The notes beneath the pieces were generated by a model. That model was not told the DNA's origin, ran no database searches, and saw nothing but the letters and a program-made list of their open reading frames with translations. From contig JAZDFV010000006.1 of NCBI GenBank assembly GCA_043807585.1, forward strand, positions 1-60,050: 60,050 nt of DNA, written 5' to 3'. A program made the position numbers and the translations under genes. Below, piece by piece: positions 45,759-55,101 of the stretch; the stretch's first letter is position 1; each line of letters opens with the position of its first letter. This DNA comes from Candidatus Jorgensenbacteria bacterium. Its GTDB lineage: Bacteria > Patescibacteriota > Minisyncoccia > UBA6257 > GWB1-50-10.

Positions 45759-46178
45759 TCACAATAAAAACGCGACACCGATCCAAACCTCAACGCTTTT
45801 CTGATCCCAGGAGAGCTTTACGGAACGGCCCGGGCCGCGCGTGAGGGTCATACCCACCAACCAATCCGATCTTCTTATGTCCCTCAATTCGAACCACCAG
45901 TGGAGATCCGGCGTAATGGTGGTAGCCTCGTTCATCAGAAAGGCGCGCGCCGCCGTATAGGAAGAATAGGCTCCAGCCAGAAATGGAAAGCTCTGGAACG
46001 GGGAATTGCGGTGGGAGGATGGGCGTGCCCAGGTCATCACCCAGTACTTCGGCCCATCGAGCAAGGTGGGGGTAAGCACTATCCTTCTCAAGGTGATGGC
46101 GCTGTCTTGTCTGATGAATTGGGACGTGGCCGTGTCCATGGACAAAAAAAACGCGAGAATGAGCGCCGCTGTTTTCAT
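45759..46178 (-). CDS. Secreted hypothetical protein
   Basis: MKTAALILAFFLS signal-like start; purine-rich SD. Confidence 0.55.
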   Translation of the reverse strand: MKTAALILAFFLSMDTATSQFIRQDSAITLRRIVLTPTLLDGPKYWVMTWARPSSHRNSPFQSFPFLAGAYSSYTAARAFLMNEATTITPDLHWWFELRDIRRSDWLVGMTLTRGPGRSVKLSWDQKSVEVWIGVAFLL

Positions 46179-46266
46179 ACCGGATCTTTCCTCCCTTCTC
46201 TTTGATTTTAATGATGGAGTTCTATGGGCATTATAGCCCATCCCGGGTCAAATAAAAAAGTCGCGC

Positions 46267-46743
46267 CTAGGTTTTTTCCTGGCGCGACTTCGGTTCGTCG
46301 AACGTTCCGGAATCAAACATAATCACCGTGGTAATGATGGACGAAAGCTTGGCGCGGAAGATCTCGGCCACTCCGTCCTTCCCGCTCCCACTACCTATCG
46401 GGATCAGAGCGGCAACCATGAAATGTTCGGGTTCCTTGGTCACACAGAACCGCATCCACCTCTTTCCCCCATCCATCATAATGGGGCTGCCCTCCGTTTT
46501 TCCGATCTTCCTCCTGAAATCGGCAAGCGCCTCTTCGTCGAGCAGGAGGCGGTCGTACATTTCCACGGCAATGCTCTCGGCATTGTAAGAGATAATGGTC
46601 TTGAAAGCGTGCTCACCATGCTCACCAATAGTGATGATTGGCGTGAATGTTCCTTCTCCTTGCGGATCGGTACATATGATACGGGCAAGGTCTTGGCTCT
46701 CCAGCACGCCCTTAATCGCGTCTTGCACGTGTTTGGTCTCCAT
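46267..46743 (-). CDS. Hypothetical protein
   Basis: GAGGGAGG SD before ATG 46743. Confidence 0.65.
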   Translation of the reverse strand: METKHVQDAIKGVLESQDLARIICTDPQGEGTFTPIITIGEHGEHAFKTIISYNAESIAVEMYDRLLLDEEALADFRRKIGKTEGSPIMMDGGKRWMRFCVTKEPEHFMVAALIPIGSGSGKDGVAEIFRAKLSSIITTVIMFDSGTFDEPKSRQEKT

Positions 46744-47037
46744 AACGCCTCCCTCAATCAATTATGAAGTTTTGTGGGAAACTGAATCTGAACGCAAACT
46801 ACCACCAGGGCGTTGGCGCGTCAACTCATTTTGCGCTGTCCGGCTCCGCCGGATGGACGATGCCTGCCCCATTACAAAGCTTGTTTTTGCAATGGGGTTG
46901 GAACCCATTTTGAATAAATAAAAGGATTGTTCTGGTTCCCGCTGGCTATTGACTGAATTTATATAATGAGGTATTATTAACACAGTTGTTTAAAATCCTG
47001 GATATGCACAAACTCACTAAAAGAAAAGGAGGTTGTT

Positions 47038-47892
47038 ATGAAAGCGCTCATGATCATATTATTGGCGTTTGCCGCACCGTTGGTAGTGGGAGCACAGGAG
47101 AAAAATCCAGCTACAAATTCAGCGTTTTCATTCGAACTTGAGATATTGAGCGTTGGAATGAATATTTTTAATACCAACCCTCAAATAAAGATCAATGAAA
47201 TTCCGCTCTATTTGAGAACGGTGCCAATTCACGGGGACGATCCTGATGCCGGCGAAGAAATTGTTCTCTCCAATAATGCACCCGTCTTTTACAGCATGAC
47301 GAGCTTGAGGATGGCGACATTCAAAGTATGGTTATTTTCCACTTTGGGTTTTGGTGTTGGTTGCCACCGAACTGGATTTAGTGACGCTGTTTTTATTCTA
47401 AATAAAGAATTTGGAGAGGAAAAATTTAATTACGCGCCGCGATACGGACCTGATTGGGGAGCGGCATACGTTCATTACTATTTTTCTACGAAAGAAGAAC
47501 TCAAAATCTCATTTCTTGCTGAACTAAAAACACCCTCTCTGATTCTATGGTCTTCTGATGACAGAAAGGATGAGTTTTGGAAAACAAACCTCTTTGTAGG
47601 CTATCAGCCGCAAAAAAGTGAGAGTTTCGTTGTGGCGAAAAACGGCTGGGATCGTTGGGGCAGCTATGAAGACAAGGATTCCCATGATTTAGGCAAGGTA
47701 AGTACCAGGGGGGATTTTTATGGAGGAATCAATTTTATTTTTTCTGGAAGATTTGGTTTACGCCTTTCTTTTATGAAAAAGCACGTTGGATATGAACTAA
47801 CCGATACGGGGAGAGATTTTCAACTCTCGTTTCCTGGAGGATCGTCATTCCTTTTTTACGAAGTAGGACTTTTCCTTCCAATCAACGATTAG
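47038..47892 (+). CDS. Secreted beta-strand-rich protein, outer-membrane-protein-like
   Basis: AAGGAGG SD; signal peptide; amphipathic aromatic strands ending FYEVGLFLPIND. Confidence 0.7.
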   Translation: MKALMIILLAFAAPLVVGAQEKNPATNSAFSFELEILSVGMNIFNTNPQIKINEIPLYLRTVPIHGDDPDAGEEIVLSNNAPVFYSMTSLRMATFKVWLFSTLGFGVGCHRTGFSDAVFILNKEFGEEKFNYAPRYGPDWGAAYVHYYFSTKEELKISFLAELKTPSLILWSSDDRKDEFWKTNLFVGYQPQKSESFVVAKNGWDRWGSYEDKDSHDLGKVSTRGDFYGGINFIFSGRFGLRLSFMKKHVGYELTDTGRDFQLSFPGGSSFLFYEVGLFLPIND

Positions 47893-47901
47893 AAGGACCT
47901 G

Positions 47902-47934
47902 GGCGGCCAAGATAAACTTGGCCGCTTCTATTTT
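47902..47934 (+). terminator. Terminator
   Basis: gcggccaag-ataaa-cttggccgc-ttctatttt. Confidence 0.7.
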
Positions 47935-48093
47935 GCTACCGGGGTAGGTGCCCTTCACTAAAGCAGAAGCGAGGTGAGCGTTAGAACCGTCTTTGGCGAG
48001 CCCGTGATTATGGGCTGCTTCGTGATAAAAAACGGGTGTGATTAAAAACCCGCCTGCGCATAGCAATGCGCGGCGGGTGTATCTGGGAAACCC

Positions 48094-49623
48094 CTATTTT
48101 GGTCTGTACTTCGCGAGGTTGCCCAAAAATAGTGCATTATTCTGTTTCTTCTGCCACCGCCGAAGCAAGCGGTGTCCTCCGTACCGGACAATTTCCCGAA
48201 GCCAATCGTAATACCATCGCTGCCACCCCTTGATGGGATAAAGCATTGGGAACGCGATCGTATGATAAGGGATCTTCAAAAAATGAAACCAGTTATAGAA
48301 CCATTTCATGAGCGTGATCGGCGCGTCTTGGAATTCCGACAAGCTCATATTATCCGGAACAAAGCAGGCATAATTCCCGTCGTATTTACTCCACGGAACC
48401 ATGTCTAAGGGGAAAATCCTGTTTTCCTCTCCCAGTCGCGTCCGCAAATCCGATCCCACGATCGGCACGGGATGCAACACCTGGATGGTGCTGACCTGCG
48501 ACTCGCGAATGAACGCTTTGAAACGCTTGACCCTTTCCGCGGGCGTAAGCTCCGTTCTTTTCTCTTTGCTCGGATATCCATAAATGAACATCGCGTGTAC
48601 CCAGAAATAGCGGCGCAATACTTTGGTCCACTCGATCATATGACGGGACAAATATCCTTTCCGCATCGCCTTCAGATCCTCGTCAATCGGAGATTCGTAG
48701 CCGACCGCCACAGATCGCATTCCTGCTTTTCGCATGGTTTCAAGGAATGGCACATTTCGGGCCGTCTCCAATCTTATTTGAACCATAAAATCGAGCCGGT
48801 CTCCGTATTCGGCGTAGATCAACCTGAAAAACTCGGCAGCGCCTTCAATATTTTCCTCGAAACGATCGTCCACGATAAAGAATTGGCGCGCACCGCGCGT
48901 TTCCACGAGCCATTTCACCAAGTGGAACATGTACTGCGGGCTGGCCCATCGCGGTTCTCCTTTCACGCTGCAAAATTCACAATTCATACCACATCCACGC
49001 ACGCGGCCAATGGGATATATTTTCATCTTCTTCGCATACCGCAGAAGGCCGAAATCGGGATAAGGAAGGTCGCTTAAATCAGGCACCTGAAGCATCGCGG
49101 GAGGGTTGGATCTTTGCCGGCCGTTTTCCCAAAAAGAAATTCCGGGAATATCACTGATCGCTTCATCGCGCATCAGGGCCGTCAGAATCCGTTGAATTAC
49201 GATCTCGCCATCCCCATGAACCACGATGTCCACATGGCGATCCAATACTTCCTCGGGGCAATAATGCGCATGCCAACCACCCGCCAGATTGACCGTTCCT
49301 TGACTGTGATAAAACTCGGTCAATTCAAACACGCGATCCATCGTAGAAGAAAGTCCGCAATAGAGACCGACCACGGACGCGGGGTCTTCCTTTTGCAATC
49401 GTCCGTGATCCGGCAGCCCTTTCTCGTCCCGTGGACCGTCATAATTGTTCTCATCGATCACTTCCACGCGCCACCCCCACACCTTGTTGGCGGAAGTTGC
49501 CACGTTGATGGGCCCGAGCGGAGTGGTTTTCCTGGCAGATTGCGTGAAAATGTTCACTTCGGGAAAGACAGGCACGATCAAACGAAGAAGCGGCCAATCT
49601 TTGTTGTTCCTTGGCAGTTTCAT
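48094..49623 (-). CDS. B12-binding domain radical SAM protein
   Basis: PLGP, GGWHA..PEE, GDGE, RGCGMNCEFC, FIVDD, GYES. Confidence 0.92.
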   Translation of the reverse strand: MKLPRNNKDWPLLRLIVPVFPEVNIFTQSARKTTPLGPINVATSANKVWGWRVEVIDENNYDGPRDEKGLPDHGRLQKEDPASVVGLYCGLSSTMDRVFELTEFYHSQGTVNLAGGWHAHYCPEEVLDRHVDIVVHGDGEIVIQRILTALMRDEAISDIPGISFWENGRQRSNPPAMLQVPDLSDLPYPDFGLLRYAKKMKIYPIGRVRGCGMNCEFCSVKGEPRWASPQYMFHLVKWLVETRGARQFFIVDDRFEENIEGAAEFFRLIYAEYGDRLDFMVQIRLETARNVPFLETMRKAGMRSVAVGYESPIDEDLKAMRKGYLSRHMIEWTKVLRRYFWVHAMFIYGYPSKEKRTELTPAERVKRFKAFIRESQVSTIQVLHPVPIVGSDLRTRLGEENRIFPLDMVPWSKYDGNYACFVPDNMSLSEFQDAPITLMKWFYNWFHFLKIPYHTIAFPMLYPIKGWQRWYYDWLREIVRYGGHRLLRRWQKKQNNALFLGNLAKYRPK

Positions 49624-49779
49624 GATATTTTTCTCCTTAAGTTTTCAAAAAATCTACCCAATGTATAACACTATTTCAAAAAAAGTCCACCCTGGGGAAA
49701 TAAAGGGGGGGCCTGCATCGCAGAGCCCTTTTTCTCACCTCGTAACAAAGACGCTTCCTCAGACGCTTTTGTCTTACTC

Positions 49780-49900
49780 GCTCCCCTGGCCGGACGACGC
49801 TGTAGACCCTGAGCATGCCGAAGGGTTAGAACCCTCCTTCGCTAAAGCTACGGACGGGCAGGCCTGCCTGCGCAGGCAGGCCCGTTTGGCCACTGTATAA
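49780..49900 (+). repeat. att-like repeat A (interrupted by three hairpin insertions)
   Basis: Reduces to gctcccctggccggacgacg-ttagaacc-cgtttggcc when the insertions are removed. Confidence 0.6.
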
Positions 49901-49961
49901 AAACAAAAGCCGCTCATAAGGAGCAGCGTCAAGCTATCTGTTATCGGAGTTCAATAAGGCC

Positions 49962-50144
49962 TCATTTCCACCGATAAATATGCACCGCTATATACATCGC
50001 CAGCATCCCTAACAAAAAACCGCTGGATAATAATTCAAAACTTTTTAACTTCGCCTCTCCTCCCACCGACCACGCAATGTAGTTTATAAGCACGAGGACG
50101 ATAATAACACCGATTACATATAGACCCAGTGGATATCTTTTCAT
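49962..50144 (-). CDS. 60-aa two-TM protein
   Basis: Two hydrophobic helices. Confidence 0.7.
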   Translation of the reverse strand: MKRYPLGLYVIGVIIVLVLINYIAWSVGGEAKLKSFELLSSGFLLGMLAMYIAVHIYRWK

Positions 50145-50248
50145 AACTTCAGTGTAGCATATGCAGTTCTAACGTCTCACTTGGGTATACAAAAAACACC
50201 AATAAACATTGGTGATTTTTTGTTGGTTTACACTGAGCCTGTCGAAGT

Positions 50249-50313
50249 GCTCCCCCCGCTGGACGCGTTTAGGACTCTAAACTGGATTGAAGTAGTGAAA
50301 GAGCTTGCGATGG
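50249..50313 (+). repeat. att-like repeat B
   Basis: 57/65 identical to 51211-51275. Confidence 0.85.
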
Positions 50314-50449
50314 TTCTGGGGTATGCTTAGGCAAAAGAGCTACTGGATTAACGACATTGAAACCTCGATTTGACTTCCATATGGTTGCTGGAGCAATATG
50401 GTGGCAGTAAATTCAATTATCCAATCACTAGCCACAAGAAGGAGGAATT

Positions 50450-51163
50450 ATGATACGGATGGAATGGACACGCTGCTTTGGTGCCTGTCCGGTCTGCGGC
50501 AACTTGGACACGATTTCGAGCGATGGTATGCTCGACCGCGTCAGCGTCCGCTGCGAAACCTGCGGTACAACGTGGAAGAACTGGATCCAAGAGCTATGGT
50601 ACCCTGTAACACTGCCGGTTGAGGTAAGTATCACGCATCGTGGTGCACGGGTTGAGATTCACCGAGTAGGGGTGATTCCGCACATGCGCTTGATCGTTTC
50701 GGTCCTAAATGCCGCCCTGATGGCCCGCTTCAAGCTGAAACTTTGTTTCCTAACCGAGGGAGGTGTCAGCGGCACTTGGCGGCACGAATCTATCGAGCTC
50801 ACGAATATCAGCGACGGTGTTAGCTTCGGACTATTCGACGATCACCAGTTCCCCGAGAATCCGAGGTGCCGGGAGGTGCTGAGGTGGTACGGTGAGCTTC
50901 TGTACACCCTGTTCCTTGACGAGCTCACAATCGGTGGAACAACACGGCGCGGAGAAATCCTTCGGCTTACTGACGATACGTCCGGTGCCGACAACGCGAA
51001 GATTCTCCTGTATGGTGCGATAAAGAAAAAAACCGGCAGCGAGGGATTTTCAAAATCGGTATTTTCGAAGCTCGACGATACGTTGTCGTGCTTCGGTGGT
51101 ATGTATCTCGCGGGCCTCTCAGACGAGGATATCGTACGGCTGTACGTTCCGCCACGCTTATGA
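50450..51163 (+). CDS. Hypothetical protein with N-terminal zinc ribbon
   Basis: AAGGAGG SD; CPVC..CETC; terminator at 51174-51203. Confidence 0.7.
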   Translation: MIRMEWTRCFGACPVCGNLDTISSDGMLDRVSVRCETCGTTWKNWIQELWYPVTLPVEVSITHRGARVEIHRVGVIPHMRLIVSVLNAALMARFKLKLCFLTEGGVSGTWRHESIELTNISDGVSFGLFDDHQFPENPRCREVLRWYGELLYTLFLDELTIGGTTRRGEILRLTDDTSGADNAKILLYGAIKKKTGSEGFSKSVFSKLDDTLSCFGGMYLAGLSDEDIVRLYVPPRL

Positions 51164-51210
51164 GTGCACAATGGAGCCGGTTCCACGCAATGGACCGGCT
51201 CTTCTCATTA

Positions 51211-51275
51211 GCTCCCCCTGCTGGACGCGTTTAGAACTCTAAACTGGGGTGAAATAGCAAAAGAGCTCGCGATGG
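51211..51275 (+). repeat. att-like repeat C
   Basis: Direct repeat of 50249-50313. Confidence 0.85.
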
Positions 51276-51341
51276 CCACGGCGTTTGAGTAAACAAAAAG
51301 CCACCTTTGACCGAAGGTGGCGACGGGAGCAGTTAATCTGC

Positions 51342-51671
51342 TCAACTTTTATATATCTTTGGATTTCTCATATACCATTCTCGAAATTCCCATACGACAA
51401 GATTTATGAAATACCAAAGGGAGTTTGCGAGTGCAAGCCCGCATATAAAGCCAATCCACACCGAAGCACCGACAACCGTCAATGCATCGAAGTTATTGGG
51501 AAGAAATAGCCGATTCTGGAAGAGCACAATGGCAGATAATAATCCCAATACAAATATTCCACCAAGCATCCCTCTTGGGGTTGAGCCTTGGTAATCGTAA
51601 TCAGATTTGGGTGGATCAACTTGCGCCCAAAAAACAAGGAACAAAACGGTATCTTTCAATAATCGCTTCAT
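51342..51671 (-). CDS. Small membrane protein
   Basis: AGAGG SD; hydrophobic helices. Confidence 0.6.
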   Translation of the reverse strand: MKRLLKDTVLFLVFWAQVDPPKSDYDYQGSTPRGMLGGIFVLGLLSAIVLFQNRLFLPNNFDALTVVGASVWIGFICGLALANSLWYFINLVVWEFREWYMRNPKIYKS

Positions 51672-51780
51672 GGTAACCTCTTTATGAAATTGTGAATGAA
51701 AAACTACCTAGTTTTAACTAAGTAGAACATAGCATACTCTGTGCTATCCGTCAAGTGCTGTGTCCTGAGCTTGTCGAAGG

Positions 51781-51823
51781 GCTCTCCGAGTGGGACAATG
51801 TTAGGACCTGTTTGGCCTCTATT
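51781..51823 (+). repeat. att-like repeat D
   Basis: gctctccgagtgggacaatgttaggacctgtttggcc aligns with repeat A. Confidence 0.6.
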
Positions 51824-51902
51824 TCCTAAATCCCCTCACCCCGCTATCCACTGTTGTTTAGAAGCAAAAACCGTCTTTCGATCTTGGTTATCCACAACTC
51901 CT

Positions 51903-51977
51903 TTGACTTTTAAGAAATCGGTCTGGTATAATGAAACTACTAAACGTGAAGGGCATCCTATATGGGTGCCTTTTTTT
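51903..51977 (+). ncRNA. Promoter-terminator unit for a ~40-nt sRNA
   Basis: TTGACT-18-TATAAT (with TG), then gggcatcc-tatat-gggtgcct and a T run; DnaA box TTATCCACA at 51888-51896. Confidence 0.5.
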
Positions 51978-52152
51978 AACCGATTTTTAGCATGTTCTTG
52001 AGATATTCAAAATCTCTAAAATTGCTTCCAGCAAATTGCCTTATTTCCTTGGCAGTTCTTTTGCCTCTGGCTAGGACAATAATTTCTTTATGAGATTCCC
52101 TAAGGTGTTTTAGCACGGGCAGGAAATCCCCGTCGCCAGAAAGTATCACCGC
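51976..52152 (-). pseudogene. 3' fragment of an NYN (PIN-like) domain gene
   Basis: AVILSGDGDFLPVLKHL..F.DF; N-terminal part missing. Confidence 0.8.
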
Positions 52153-52549
52153 CGAAGAGAAATACAAGAAACTCAAAGACGGCACGATTTCGAGATACGT
52201 TTACTACGGTTGCGGCCGAAGCAAGGACCATACCTGCAAATCGCAGTATATCCGGGAAGAGGAGCTTATAACTCAGCTCGCCGCGCTTATCGACACAATC
52301 GACCTGAACGAACTTGGCGTGAAGCACAAACTGGAAGCCGAGATCGAGCGACACCGGCAGTTCCAAAACCTATTGGAGGATAAATCCGAGAATGCCGCGG
52401 AGGCAGAATCTAAAAAGAACATCAATATGCGAAAGTACGCGAAATACCTTCTCAAGTCCGGGAGCCTCATAGAGAAACGGGAATTGTTGGCGTGCTTAAA
52501 GAGTAGGTTGATACTGAAGGATAGAGAGGTAGTTTTGGAGAAAGAATAA
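52145..52549 (+). pseudogene. 3' fragment of a large serine recombinase (zinc ribbon + C-terminus)
   Basis: ITAEEKYKKLKDGTISRYVYYGCGRSKDHTCKSQYIREEELITQL, in frame with ORF 52319-52549. Confidence 0.75.
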
Positions 52550-52607
52550 TGGGAAAATCCATAAAAATCGGCTATTATTCTTAATAATCTGTAAGTCAAT
52601 TAACTTT

Positions 52608-55097
52608 ATGCTGCGTAAAGCATTAAAAAAGAGAAGAATATCCATTGAGGCATATTCACACGCGGACAAGAAGCGGACAAACAATCCGCCAGTCGGACTT
52701 GTGTCTTCACAAACCGACAAGTTGAACGGTATTACAAAATACGAGCACGACCCGCACATTGACCCGTATCTTTCATGGGCAGGTAAAAAAGAAGGTAGTG
52801 AAGTCAACGTCCGCAATTTGAGCTTACATATTCACGAGCGCATTGATCCTATGCGTATTGTTAAATCATTTTTGAAAGAGAAAGAACTCAATCAACAGCC
52901 AACTCTCTTTGACGCTTTTGAAAAGAAACTCACGCTCGGCAAGGCGTTTGAGTTTTATCATCACACGCAAGATTGGACTAACCGCCTTATCGCCGGTGAT
53001 TCGCTCCTTGTGATGAATAGCTTGCTACAAAAAGAGGGTATGGCTGGCAAAGTCCAAATGATTTATATAGACCCACCTTACGGCATTAAATATAATTCTA
53101 ACTTTCAGCCGTTCATAAATAAGTGTGAAGTGAAAGACAATAATGACGCGGACATTCCGGCAGAACCAGAAATAATAAAAGCGTTTCGTGATACTTGGGA
53201 ACTCGGCATACATAGCTATCTGACCTATTTGAGAGATAGATTACTTTTAGCGAAAGAATTACTCCATGAATCAGGTAGTGTTTTTGTTCAAATCAGTGAT
53301 GAAAATATTCACCACGTCCGAGAACTTATGGACGAGATTTTTGGAAAATGCAACTTCGTATCTGAAATAGTTGTTAAAAAAACCGGGGGGCTCTCACAAT
53401 CTGCCCTCCCACGGGTTCAAGATTATATTTGCTGGTATGCGAAAGCTCGGGAGAAACTCAAATTTCATCAACTTTATATTCCGAAGACTATAGAAGATAG
53501 CGTTGGTGCTCAATACAATTGGGTTGATTTTGAGGGTGAAAGGAGAAAAATAACAAATAACGATAATGTACTAGACTTGAAAAGTAAGGGGGCTCGATTG
53601 TTCAAAATTGATAATCTCACATCTTGGGGAAATCCAATTAGAGAATTTGAATTTGATGGCCAAGTTTATAAAGGTGGTTGGAAAACTTCTCTCAATGGGA
53701 TGAGAAAATTAGCAAGCTTAAAAAGGATAATAAAAAGTGGTTCAAATATTTGGTATGTAAGGTATATAGATGACTTTCCAGTTTTTCCGCTAACTAATTT
53801 ATGGGCGGATACTTCTAGTAGTTTTCAGACTCGAATTTATGTGGTTCAAACCATCCCGCAGATCATCAAGCGTTGTCTGTTAATGACCACCGATCCGGGC
53901 GACCTCATATTTGACCCGACCTGCGGCAGCGGAACTACTGCTTATGTAGCAGAACAATGGGGTCGTCGCTGGATTACTTGCGATACTTCGCGTGTCGCAA
54001 TTGCGCTGGCGAAGCAACGACTCATAACCTCACACCACGATTATTACCAACTTGCCCATCCAACAGAAGGTATCGGAAGTGGATTTTTATATAAAAAAGT
54101 GCCCCATATCACACTTGGCTCTATTGCCAACGATGAACCGGCCAAAGAGGAAACGCTTTATGATCAACCAGTGGCTGATATAAGTAAGGTGCGAGTAGCA
54201 GGGCCATTTACTGTTGAAGCAGTTCCCGGACTTCGCGTAAAACCATTTGACGGAAGCCAGCAAAGAATCGTCACAACTGGCGAAGATATTGCGCGCACAG
54301 GAGAAACAGCGAATCAGGCACTATGGCGCGACGAGTTGAAGTCGTCCGGTATCCGAGCCGTTGGCGGGAATATTATAAACTTCTCGCGTATTGAACCGAT
54401 GGCGGGGACAAAGTATTTACACGCCGAAGGTGAAATTTTAGATGAGAAAGGGAAACAGAAAAAAGCGGTTATCAGTTTCGGCCCGGATTACGCCCCGCTT
54501 GAGCAACGCCAAGTAGAGGAAGCTATCAACGAGGCGCGTAGTTTAGCAGATAAGCCGGAGCTTATGATATTCGCAGCGTTCCATTTTGACCCTGAAGCGT
54601 CAAAGGATATTGATGAGATGAAATGGCCGGGCGTTTCCATACTCAAAGCGCAGATGAGCGTTGATCTTCTCACTTCGGATTTACGCAAGAAGCGTTCGTC
54701 CAGCCAAAGCTATTGGCTTATTGGCCAGCCGGACATCGAGGTTATTAAAAGCAAGGGCGGCACATATAAGGTGCGCGTCAATGGCTTTGATTATTACAAC
54801 CCCATTAGCGGCGAGATTGATTCCGGCGATACCAATCGGATTGCGATGTGGATGCTGGATATCGACTACGACGAGCAAAGCATTTTACCCGTTCAAGTTT
54901 TCTTCCCGATGAAAGATGAGAAGCGAGATTGGACTGGACTTGCGAAAACTTTGAACGGCGCGGTGAACGAAGAAGTGATGGATTCGTTTACCGGCGCTGA
55001 GTCATTGCCGTTTAAGATGGGTGAGCATAAAAAAGTTGCTGTAAAAATTATTGACGATCGCGGTGTTGAAAGTTTTGTGATTAAGGAACTGAAATAA
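52608..55097 (+). CDS. mod: Type III restriction-modification methyltransferase
   Basis: NRLIAGDSL, YIDPPYG, FDPTCGSGTT, VAVKIIDDRG. Confidence 0.93.
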   Translation: MLRKALKKRRISIEAYSHADKKRTNNPPVGLVSSQTDKLNGITKYEHDPHIDPYLSWAGKKEGSEVNVRNLSLHIHERIDPMRIVKSFLKEKELNQQPTLFDAFEKKLTLGKAFEFYHHTQDWTNRLIAGDSLLVMNSLLQKEGMAGKVQMIYIDPPYGIKYNSNFQPFINKCEVKDNNDADIPAEPEIIKAFRDTWELGIHSYLTYLRDRLLLAKELLHESGSVFVQISDENIHHVRELMDEIFGKCNFVSEIVVKKTGGLSQSALPRVQDYICWYAKAREKLKFHQLYIPKTIEDSVGAQYNWVDFEGERRKITNNDNVLDLKSKGARLFKIDNLTSWGNPIREFEFDGQVYKGGWKTSLNGMRKLASLKRIIKSGSNIWYVRYIDDFPVFPLTNLWADTSSSFQTRIYVVQTIPQIIKRCLLMTTDPGDLIFDPTCGSGTTAYVAEQWGRRWITCDTSRVAIALAKQRLITSHHDYYQLAHPTEGIGSGFLYKKVPHITLGSIANDEPAKEETLYDQPVADISKVRVAGPFTVEAVPGLRVKPFDGSQQRIVTTGEDIARTGETANQALWRDELKSSGIRAVGGNIINFSRIEPMAGTKYLHAEGEILDEKGKQKKAVISFGPDYAPLEQRQVEEAINEARSLADKPELMIFAAFHFDPEASKDIDEMKWPGVSILKAQMSVDLLTSDLRKKRSSSQSYWLIGQPDIEVIKSKGGTYKVRVNGFDYYNPISGEIDSGDTNRIAMWMLDIDYDEQSILPVQVFFPMKDEKRDWTGLAKTLNGAVNEEVMDSFTGAESLPFKMGEHKKVAVKIIDDRGVESFVIKELK

Positions 55098-55101
55098 AAA
55101 T

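Noticed and set aside
49780-51823. Intact tRNA genes at the att-like repeats
   Set aside because: Only an altered acceptor/T-arm-like segment is present; no D or anticodon arms.
1215-51896. oriC from DnaA boxes at 1215, 33449 and 51888
   Set aside because: Single dispersed boxes with no cluster, unwinding element or dnaA/dnaN nearby.
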